Translations under genes and position numbers: made by a program | Assembly (NCBI GenBank): GCA_030141605.1 | Contig: JAQGDQ010000007.1 | Span: 483,173 to 547,172 of the forward strand | DNA length: 64,000 nt | From: Tubiluchus corallicola | Lineage: Eukaryota > Animalia > Priapulida | Direction: 5' to 3' | Part shown: in pieces, positions 15,501 through 27,500 of the stretch | Numbering within the stretch: position 1 is the first letter of the stretch | Layout of the letters: every line of letters starts with the position of its first letter | The notes under the pieces: model-generated | Database searches by the model: none | Told to the model about the DNA's origin: nothing | The model's input: the letters and a program-made list of their open reading frames with translations, nothing else

Positions 15501-18500
15501 CAACAGAATACAAAGAATTTAAAGTCCTTGTAGTTTTAGCATTAAGTGAGTGGTATCTACGACCAACAGGGAACATTTCAAAAAGTTTCTTACCAGGGTG
15601 ACATTCATCACTAATAATTTACGTGCTCTCTTTGCTACCCTTGTTTCCTACAAATGTGCCATAGGTTGCTGTTGAACTCTTATTAATTTTGAAGCGGATA
15701 TAACAACCTGGATCTTCTTGCATGATAACACCGTACCAAACAGTGAGGGATGTCGCAAGACACTATAAATTACTGTGCGATAAAAACTCTCCATATGAAG
15801 ATTCTATATAGGTGCAGCAACTATAGTGTTTATGTTTACACGTTTGTGTATTTTGTAAAAAACAAAACATGTAAATACTTTTTAGAACAAACATGACCCA
15901 TAATGTTATTTATATTTTGCTTTTCAGATGTTTTCTTGTATTATTCAATAAACCCAAACTTACCGGCAACTTACCTGCCACCCGGCAATCTGAAACAGAA
16001 CTACCAAGCAGAGCTTACGATTCGAGCTTATGATATTTATCAGGAAAGTGTTAACACCACAGTCATTGTCACTGTAAGTTTTCAGCTCGTGTAAAGAATC
16101 CTTGTTTTTTGTTTCAACGTATTTTTGCCCAAATGTCTTGGTTAAAGATGAAGGTTGGAGATTAGTTTAAAAGGAAAATGATGATTTTTCATATTCTACC
16201 CCATTTCGAAGCATGGTAAAAAGTACACATTTTAACTCCTATAATAATGCCAAAATGTAATAAGTTAGAAACTTAATTAAAGGCAAGAGAGCCAAACTAG
16301 TGATGACATCACAACTGAACACAATTCTCAACAGCACAAACATTCCAAGAGCATGGTACACATGTTTGCAAAAGTGCAAATTGAAGTGTAATGCTACTTT
16401 ATGTAATAGATGTAATGGCCAAGAACTAGTTGCGTGATCATGAAAATACATTTCTGTGGTAATAATATTTTCACGTAAGTCTTTCTTGAAAAAAAGGCAT
16501 GTTCCTTTTCAGTATTTTGCAGGGTAGATTGTTTTGAGCAACAGTTTAAGATTGGGTCCGGTTTTTCTTTAACTGTAATGAAAATTCAAGTTTTTTACGC
16601 GCTATAGTTTGCAGTCGCATATTTTATATCCAATGCATCCGTTATTGATCCATTATAAAAAGACATTGCGAAGATTAGTGGCAGTAATTATTCGGATTTA
16701 TTATACGCATTTTGTTGTGATTATACTAGCATTCATATTCATTTGCTACAATTAACAGTTTTTCTTCTTAGGTTTACCCGTATGATGCTTTTCTTCTGGG
16801 GCAGGTAAACGAAACTTCGCCTTTGATGGCTCTGAATGTTTTGAAGAACTTGATAGTGCCAGATTACTTGCCAGAGAAGAGCAAACTTCAGTCTTTATTA
16901 AATTCTGGTGATCTTCAAGGTGCATTCACTAGTGATGTATTTCCCTTATGAAGTGTTGCTAAAAGTGTGTATGTCTCCATAAAAGCAAAGAGTATTTTCT
17001 TTCCCCAGAGATGTGCAGGCATACCATCAATTCATTGATGCCATGTACATAGACTATTGCATAAAAAATATTGTTGTTTTCTGCTGATTATGATTTTATT
17101 TGATGAAAAGGTTCTGACTTACCGTGTTCTCATAATGCATCCTTATTATATCTGAGTTGTGAGCAACATGTCTTTTTGTGCGTGGAAAACATTTGTAAGA
17201 TGTTTATTTCCTCACATCATACTTAATTTAAAATTACAGTTAGTGTAATGTATGCAAATTTCCAATACCTTTTACTGGCTTTATTTAGTTTAGGTGATCG
17301 ATTTTTACTCAAGCCTTGTAAATATATACAGTATGTATGTCATATTTTTTGCATTGCAGTTTAGTGGCATATATGAATCACATTTGCAAGTTCTTTACAT
17401 GTGCAAATGATTTGTGGGATAGCAAACTCTGATATCTTCGATTAACTTTATTTTGTTTTATCAAAATTTTCTTAAAAACACGTGACATTTAAGCTTGCTC
17501 AAGAAGTTTTCACTTGTACCCTGCAAAACCATACTCATTGTAACAATTTACTAGTTTGAATATCGCTACATTTGCAGGGCTTTTAGAATTTGTGGCTATG
17601 TCACTTGCTGTACTGAATAAGGACCTGTCAGAATCTCCACCTGGTGTAACAATAAAACCACTCACTGAAGATGAAACTGCTGAAGCACTTGCTATTAAAA
17701 CAAAGGTATAAAGGTTTTAAGTCTCCTGAATTTTTTAACTGTTAACAGCTGTGTCACTTTTTCGAATTGCCGGAAATTGTGAGTTAACAGCTGTGTCACT
17801 TTTTCAAATTGCCAGAAATTGTGAGTAGCATAGTTGTTTGTTGTAAGATCTTTTTTTATCTGTCATTTTCTAAATGTAGAAAACATTTTGTGTTTAGTAC
17901 ACGTTCTTCCATTACTTCATGTTATAATGTACACTTTAATGGCATTTGTTGATTGGTAAACTGAAGTGAAAAAAGTTTAGAGACTGTTACAAAACTTGTT
18001 CATACTGTTTCCTGAAGTCACTTCACTGCTGTAAGACTCATGTGATGTGTGACTATAGTGAGTGATTTTCATTTTCTGTTGCAGTTACATTGTATGACTA
18101 AAGAATAGGTATCATTGTTTAGTATTTGTCGTGTAGCAGTTTCATTGTACGCTCGCTAAATATATTAATTTACCTTAAAAATATCTAAAACACTGTTGGT
18201 TCTGCCATTAACATTATTGCGGCTCATTGTGCAGGTTATTAATTGTGTAAACTTGTTTGAGTAAAACTTGCGTTCCAAAAAACATGTACATGCAGTGAGA
18301 AACGTTTTCAACTTGTGATATTTTCTTGCATTATTAAGAGTAACTGAACCTCTGTGCAGCACTCAAAAACTTTCAACATGTGCTGCAACATGTAGAATGC
18401 AATAATGCAAGAAATAATGGTGTTTGGGTTGGAAGGGTACTCATCTTGATGTTATTGTTGTTCTTGTTGGGGATAACCTTTTGAAGAAACCCAAGATTTT

Positions 18501-21500
18501 ATGGATTTAAAATAAATTGTCTAGAGAACCTCACATGAATAAAGTAGAATAAATTCTGCATCGATTGGCAGAGTTGGATTTTGAATCCTTCCATCTTGAT
18601 TTCAATAAGTCTCCACAAGTCAACATATAGTTGTAGTTTAACCTGCTGTTGACACTTTGTTGTTAATGAATAATGAAGCCTCTGTGCATTTTAGGGTGTA
18701 TATACACATGATGCATGCATCTTGCTTTTGCATTCTAGACACGGTGACTCATTTTCCAGCATGGGGTCAACACTGAAAAGTTGGCTCAAAAGACCAGACG
18801 ACTTAAAATACTTTAAAAGAGTGGAAATCATTGGGCCTATATTGTTTTTTATTCGCACTAAATCTTCACTGTGCCTACTTACCACTGGCTCCCAGGCTAT
18901 CAAAATGTCAAGATTGTTGTTTCCTTCCCCGAATGCCCCTAACAGTGACAACCCACATGGCCCAACCTCACTTATCTGACTGGTCTGGTTCTTGCATCCT
19001 GGTTGTGATGTCGCAAGAAATTGGAATATGCGTTTAAAGCACGAGTCATAGACTCGCATCGTATGTACAGCTTACACCATGCATTTTTGACGCATGTTTC
19101 AAAAATGCACTGTGCAGATACTTCTTACTGCATTTCATAATTTCAGGTGAGAAATGTACTTGCACTTGTATTGGTAGAATTGCCACTTTATTCTCATCAG
19201 TTTATGAAGCAGGTGGCTCATTTACTGGCACAAAGTACGGTAATCACTGACGAACTGAAAACACAGTCAAAGGTATCTTAATCTGGTTTTGTATTTCTGC
19301 ATCATTTGTGATGTTACTTGCATAAATACATTCTAATATATAGGTTATGCGAAAAAGAGTGTGTATTGAATTTTTAATTTTATGTTAAAAACTGTGTGTG
19401 CACGTGCGTGCGTATGTGTACAGTGTCACATATAATTCATGTAGAAATGTAGTGATGTAACTTAAGAGTATGGTAATTTCTTGCTTAATGTCAAATCAAT
19501 AATGCCATGCTCAAATTTCATGAAATAGCTGTGCAGTAGCTGCACGTTTTGTATAAAATTATTGCAAATGTACAATGATTTCTCTAAACTTGTTTTCTTA
19601 ACAAAATTGAGAATTTTTTTTTACATATTTTCCTCTGTTTGCTCCCTTTGTATTGCTTGTCTTTTGTTTCGCAAGATGTCTTTTCTTTGTGTGTGTTTTT
19701 AGCTCTTTAGTACTTTGTAATGAATATTAGTGCCATTGCATCTCACTTATAAGCTTCGCTCTCTATCTGGGGGTCACTTTCACAAAGAATTTCAGAGCGA
19801 ATATTCTTGAGAAATCCATACAGATGATTTATGGCTAATTTGCAGTGGAACGAGGAGTTTCTTTTGTGTTTTGTCCTAGCTGAACGAGGTAAAAGCTGCA
19901 ATTAATGCAGCATTTCGTGTACGTGCAACAAGTAAAAAGTTTATCTGTGCCTGAGAAGCACTATTATTAATCTTTACTGTATATCTGTGTTTCATTCGCT
20001 GCTGGCAGAGTTGGTGTGCAAATTGTTACATGATTTAGGATAGTAATGGCTTCTTTATTCAAAAGCCAGTGCACAAAACAAAATTCCAGCATGTAAAATA
20101 GAGCTAAATATCATTTTTAAATATAAAAATTTGGCATTAAGAGAGAAACAGATATCAATGTTGAGCATTGTTAAAACAAAGTATTGCTAAAATAGGAGTC
20201 CTTTAAAATGTGTCCAGTTACTGGAAATGTTGCAACGTGATTAAGTGATTTCTTACAGTAATTCTTATTGTTGAAATACAATTACAATTTTCAACTTTCT
20301 AATACGTGGGAAGGAAAGCTTGGTCAGAAATGCAACCTTCTGGTAAATGATTTCTTTTGTTATGCTATCAAAGTGAGAATAGTTCAGCGATGATGTATGG
20401 GTCTTGGTTTTTGTCTACTTAAAACTTATTTTTTATAGAGATTTATCATGGACAGATTTAAAGATATAGCACAGTTTTTGGATGATTTCACTTTCACATT
20501 TGCTGATGAGTTTCATCTAAATGATCCTGTTAGGTATTTTCTTTGTATATTTTGATTCTTTTTTAAATTGCACTTGAGCTAGAATCTCATAAGTGACTTT
20601 TTTGCAAAAATAAGTTATGCCCATAGTTTACATCAGAAGCATTGCTTGTATGAGTGGTGGTATTTTAGTGCTGCCATCTAGTTTTAACAGCATTAACCTT
20701 CATTTTTATACTTTTGTAACTACACATTTGTAAATGTTCAGTTAAAAATATTGTATTTGCTGCAGTGGCAACATATCGTATTCTCAGTGCAAAAGTATTG
20801 TATCTGCAACAATTATAAAAAATATTTTATGATTTTAACTGCTAGTGTATGTGTAACATTTATTAGGATCTGTCAATAATCTTTTATCCTGGTAGTCTTA
20901 TTGCATATTTACTTATAGTGCACAAAGTAAATGAATAGTTTCAATGGACAGGGGACTACACAACTATTCAGCAACTATTCTTGTCATCATTCATCAAGTG
21001 GATTGTGATTGGTGACAAGAATAGTTTGCTGAACTCTACATTTGAACTGATGCGACTCTAGCAAAATTTGGAAAGAATTTACTGACTAAGTTGGCAAACG
21101 AAACTGGCCTGGACAGCTCTCCTGATTGGAGAATATTTTTACCTGCACTAGAGCAGTGAACCACTTCCATGTTCGTTGTTCACTTGTGGTCACCTATCAA
21201 GACATGTGTACAACATGTGCTCTAAGCATACTTGCGAGTCTGCGCTAGCAGTGTATCGTGCATTAATATAAAAAAAATTAATAATGAAATAGATCCGAAA
21301 ACAGAGAGATAGAGAAAGGTCTGTCTATCTACAGTCAAGTGCATGCAAATAAGCACGAGATCATTCGATATACTACAAAAATAAAATTGGCAGGTTGCCA
21401 AAAGTTTTCAAAATTATAAAACGAAACTACTTTATTAAAAAGTTAAAATCATGCCAAACATTTCAACTAGCTCTGCTGTCATCATCAATGGTGCATTCAC

Positions 21501-24500
21501 AAACATGCAATCATTGTATGTTTGTAAATTTACCACTGATGATGACAGTCATGATTTGTCGATTTTTTTTATTTTCTTATGTAATATTTGTGTGTATGAT
21601 TCTTGCAAACTAGTTCATTTATGTTGTATCTCACAGGTATTTACTTATTGGAATGTCTAACATCCTTGGTACATCAGTGAAAAGAGTGAAAGAAGCTATT
21701 AAGGCTGACAGTAATGCGTCTACAATTGAGAGAGAAAGAATTTTACGCATGAAAGGCGAGGTAAATTTGATAGTTTGTTACATGTAAAAGATCTACTATC
21801 ATGCAATATCATTCAGAATTGCATAACCGAGGTCATTGTTTATAAAATCTTTGCAGGTGAGTCAGAACTGTGTTCTAGCATGAAGTTGATTTTTTGAGGC
21901 ATTAACGTAACTCTTCATCTTATTTTATGAACCTAATACAAAGTGCTCGATGTATAGTCACTTACATACTCGTTTTGATAACTGGTTGTTACATACTTTT
22001 TATCATTACTTTAGGTTAAAGAATTAACCAATAAAGCTTTTGCTGTTACATCGCTTATCTCTTCAGCGATGTTTCACCACAAGACTTTGCTGGATGATCC
22101 GTCACATTTCCAGGAAGATTTTCTTGCACTACATTTACAGAGGAGAAGTGTCAGAGAATTTGCTGGTATTTGGACATTAATGTTGCTGTTATAATTTATT
22201 AAATTGATTATAGTTTCTGCTGCTTTGAAAAGAGTGTGCTGTTTGCTTGCATCAGTTTTCATTGAAATTCAATTAATTCTGACCTCGAATCATTTTTTTC
22301 GGGAATTTTTTTTTATTTAAAGAGGTAGCACATGTATTTTTGTCTAATTTTATGTAATTTTTTCATGAACTAAATGGTTATTGAATGTGCTGAATGATCA
22401 AATTTAAACATGGCTATACCTGGTCAGCAAATGGATGGGTGGCCACTTCATTGAAAATGCTTCTGGATAGTTTCATCTATCAAGCATCCCATTTGTATTT
22501 ACTTCATTGAGGAAATTTGGCCAAGACATCTGTGGTAATTCAGTGTCTCATTTTAGAATATTCATGAGTTGGATAATGAGGATGGGTAAAAACAAAACCT
22601 TACTAATAAAATTTTTCACTCTCCAAATTTAATGAATTTAATTTGATAAAAAATTCAATACCTAAATAAACCAGCAGTAAATCATGTGCACTATGTATAT
22701 GTAGCTACTTATCCTAATGGGGATGCTGGCTGTGTTTTCAGCGGCACACAGGCCCATTTTTGTAATTAGTTGCAGCCACACAGGGCATACTCATCTGCAG
22801 CAAGCTGTTATGTTCCTGCACAAATTTTGTAACACATTGATGCATTTAAATAGCTGTCAAATTTAGAAAATTGAGTGATTTCAATACTTTTCGCAAAATG
22901 CAGAAAAGAATGCTGTATACTTTTTATGTTGAACAGTTTTAGATACAAGGTCTCACTAACAAACCAGAAGGCTTTAAAACAATAGTTCTGTCAGAACTAC
23001 ACAAATATTCGTCATCGTGAAGGAGTTAAAGTCCACTTATGTCAAAAAAACTCTCTACATTGGGTAGATGCCATTCAGTGTGATATCCCAGGTTTCACAG
23101 TGCAGCAAAGCGTATAAAAATTGCACATGCAACTGATTATATTGTAAAGTTCATTAACTTAATAATGGTTTTTTACAGATTTGAATGTCAAGGTCAAGAA
23201 TTTAGGCACGTTGAATATGCCAGCATTGCATGAACTTGTGCACAATGACACACTGCTTGATTTGGAGGTTTGAATTTTGATTTTCTGTGTTACTTTGAGT
23301 AAATTCAAAAGTGTTGTTATAGCGTGTGCTAACATTCTAAATACTAGGTACATGTGATTTAACTTGTGAGGTAACACAAGTAGCTTTTTGTGCAGCAGTT
23401 TTGGAGCTATTATGTCACTGCTTTTTGCATTATACATATATGTGTACAATGCATAGACTAGCCGCTTTTTCTAATTGGAACATTTATGCTTTTGTAGATA
23501 TTCTCTATGTCTGAGGATCCTTTTGTTTGGTCGAGTTCTTTGGGCAAGGTCAATACCGCAATAGCAGATGTAGTTGTTAGCATCAACCATGGTAAATCCA
23601 CACTTGAACGCTTAGATTTCCCGCACTTAGATGACCCAGTTGAGTTAATATTTGACATATCAGGTAGGGCCTGTTCCAGTTACGTTTGCAATAACTTCTG
23701 AGTATGAGTTGGTACAATTTGTATAAAAAATAGTCATGGTTATACAATCTTTTAGCCAATACTTTTAGGTTTGAAATTTGAACTGCTGATTAAATTTATA
23801 CAAATTTGTATACTTGATAAGCTTACTAGCCAAAGACTTTGTATTTAGGTACTGAGAGGGTTGATTCATATTTCTACATAAATCCATTTGGACCAAGTAA
23901 CAGAGACATCACTGTTCACAGCTTTGAACTACAAGCACATAGCACTGGTAGCCTGTCATTTCTAGATGTACCTGTCGATGTTTCTTTAAAGGTCAGGTGC
24001 TGTGTTTTAGTAAATACAAGTGTGAATAAAAGCTTACATCAAGTGTAGACATTTTTCCACCAGATCGGTGAAACGGGGCTCCTTCAAACTTTAATGCATT
24101 GGCATAGTTTACTAGCAAAATTGACATGTTTGCAGATAGTGATGTGACATTTTGTAAAAAAATTACCTGATAAACTTTCAATACAGTTAAAATTTTGTCA
24201 CTTACTGAGCACAAGGAGAGGGGAATAGTTAGGTGATCATACTTGGTTGCAAAGTTAGGCAATGCTAGGTATGACTAATAAATGGATTGATGACTGGCAG
24301 GAACAGCTTCTTTGTGATTTCATTTTGGAGGACTCAGTTGACTGAGGATGTGGCTAAGACATTTTTGCTGGTTCACTGTTTTATGCTACAGAATTATATT
24401 TGATGATGCAGGAGGTTCTAGTTCTTCCATAGCCATAGCAATGTGCTTGAAAAACCAAAATGATGAGTCTATTTGCTCACCATTCTGTTTAAAGTTGCAA

Positions 24501-27500
24501 AGCAATTGTAATGCTGTTATCTATGATAAGTAGAAATTTTACAGTGAATCTGTTAATTTCATAGTTTTTATCAAATGACAACTTTCACATATTTTTTTTT
24601 GTATTGTAGGTTGTTTTTTCAAAATTTAGACCGGTAATGCACGACTTTTCAAAAAACTCTGATATTCTCCATATCCCAACATCTCGCAATGAGACTTATG
24701 CTAGTCACCATCCCATGGATACATTGCAGGTTTTTAACAATAACAGCACTTCAGCTACATTGTTTGTTGGCATTTTATTTGATTCATATTATGATCCATC
24801 GTGCTATAAACCATCTCTGATGTGCAAAGATGAAGTAAAGAACTGTAGTGAAGAAAATGAAACGTGCAGTGTAAACTCTTGTATGGAGAAACATATTTGT
24901 TATGATGATTGGGTAGACTACTGTAAAAAGGGTTATTCAGAATGTGTGCAGCAGAAAAACAAATGTTTTACTGACCAAAAGAGAACTTGTGAGCGATATC
25001 TCAAATACTGTCGTGAAGGATGTTCACAGTATCCAGACGTGAACTTGTGTAATGTACGCTGTTTGCAAGAGAAGAACAACTGTACAGACACTGCTGAACT
25101 GACATGCTCGTTTAAGGAAAGCTGTATACATAATGTTGAGAAGGCATGTGAAGAAACTTTAACAAAATACTTTCAGCGTGAAAAGTGTAAAACCCTTTAC
25201 TACAATTGCTCGAAGGCTTATATTGAACCATGCAATGCTGAATTGGCTGGGTGTCGGAACATTTGCATGAAGTTGCATTGTAATCCATCATGTGATTCGG
25301 CTCTTTTAGATGAATGTACTGCCTCCTGCGAGAAAAAGGCCCATACTTGCCGCGAGCCAATTTTTGAAGCTTGTAAAGAAACCACCGTGCAAACTTACCC
25401 TTTGTGTGCAGATAAACTATGGTTGACAGAGAATGAAAATGGGAGCAAAATTGAAGAGTGGCCAGAAAATCCAGGTAGTTCACAGATTTTACAGGTTATT
25501 TTACTAAAGAAACTTAATAGCTATTCAGAAATTTGTAATGCTACTGAAACATTGAAAATGTGCATGACTGATGCCATACAGTGCAATGTCAAATATTTTG
25601 TTGGATTTTTGCGTTTTTGTTTCCACGTTTGATGCACTCATAAAGAGTATATATATATACTAAAAAACTGTCAATGATTGAACATTTTAGATTTCACAAT
25701 CTCATCTTATCAAAGACTCTTGCCGAACTAAGTTGATTTTGTTGGAGAAAGATGACTGTAATACATTTATTTTTTATATTATGTCTCTACTGTTGGTCTA
25801 GAAACTTAAATTTTACATTACAATTTTAGTTTGTTCATGTCTTAGGTGATGTTATCGACTATCTTATTGCTACTTACACTGCGGATGTTTTACATGCCGG
25901 AACTAGTGCCTGGGTTTACATTGTGCTGCATGGTTCTTTCAATGCTTCTGAGCAATACCAACTGCAAAGCACAAGACACAATTTTGATCGCGGAAAGTGA
26001 GTTCATGCATCCTAAATTATTTAAGTGGCTGTGTCCCTTATTTTGTGCATTTTGTGGTACTGAAAAAAATGTTTTTTCCAATTTTTTTTGCTTATAGGTG
26101 CTGTACCTGTATTCCTTTACCCAGCAAATTTTTTTGGTTCAGAGACTCGACCAAAATCACTAATCACCTAAATGTTATTGTTGCTGTTTTTCTTGTTCTT
26201 GAGGATGAACTTTTTAAAAAAATATTACATATTTAAAAAAAATTATTCTCGTACTGGTTTGCATTCTAATAATTTTTTTCAGTACTTTTATTCTTATTTC
26301 TTTTTGCTTGTTGACTTTTACTTAGTAATAATAAAAACTAATAATACAAGTTTGAATATTTCAGGGTTGACTTGTTTCACGTACGTGTGCTGTCAGTTGG
26401 TTTTGTAGAGAGTATCACCATTTGGCATGATAACACAGGACCTGGGTCTGGTTGGCTACTAGAAAAGGTATCCTAGAAAAATATAGAAGTATTACATTAG
26501 TGGTGATATCCCAGAAAAGGATAGAAGTATTACATTAGTGGTGATTTCTAATACGTTGTCTTATAATGTGAAAACACTTATTGAAGTATTTCCTAGCAAG
26601 TGCAATTTAACAGCAACATTTTGCTGTATGCGGTTGCTTACTGTAACTCATTGAGCTCGATATGAAGCTGGATGTTTAATAGAGCTATTGTGATGATGAT
26701 GATGACAATCATAGTGATGGTGATGATTACATTAATAATATGTTTTTCCTGACAAAGAGTAATAATGTTAATGACAGATATTCTTTTCAACCATGCATGA
26801 TCATACTTAAACATTCTAAACTTAAAAAGAACATGTGTATAATATTGCGTGCATATACCAATAAATTATTGTTCATTAAAAATAATTCTTGATAAAGATT
26901 GATCATATTTTCATCAAAATTAACCACCAAAAGAAGTAACTTCTCCTAAGTAGGAGAGTTTACCTGCCTTGACAAGTTTATAACATTTTTTTACATTTAC
27001 TTCATTAATTATCCTGACATTGTTTTTTAGGTGATAGTAATCAATGGGTATCTGCAGTTTACGTGTCCTTGCATGAAGTGGTTAGAAGGCAGTCCTGAGC
27101 ACAATTTTCAACTCATTCCTTGCTTTTTCAGTGCTAATAACACTCCTGCAGGTATGACAAGTTTAACATCTACTATGAGGATACTCTTCTAGTCATTGCT
27201 CATTTAATAATTAGTAAGGAACATATTGATATAACAAGAGAAGCGACTGGCATAGTGTGCTTTGTAGAAAAACTAGAATATTTCCCTCTCTAAAGCCCTT
27301 AACCAAAACCAGCATTAAACTGTAACTGTTTTACAAACCAGTTTAACTTTAATTGTATGTATTTTTATCAAATTCCGGGACAGTTTTTTGTGAGCAAAAA
27401 AAATACATAAATATCTATATTTTTTGGTTTAGAGCCACCAAAGAGAGTACAGAAGAACTTCACATTGATTTTTACTGAATCACACTGTCTTTACTGGAAC

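Noticed and set aside
25475-25632. ORF extension beyond the donor at 25474 (further Cys residues)
   Set aside because: Only the phase-1 donor at 25474 fits the next exon, and the extension runs into a stop. An alternative secreted isoform cannot be supported from sequence alone.
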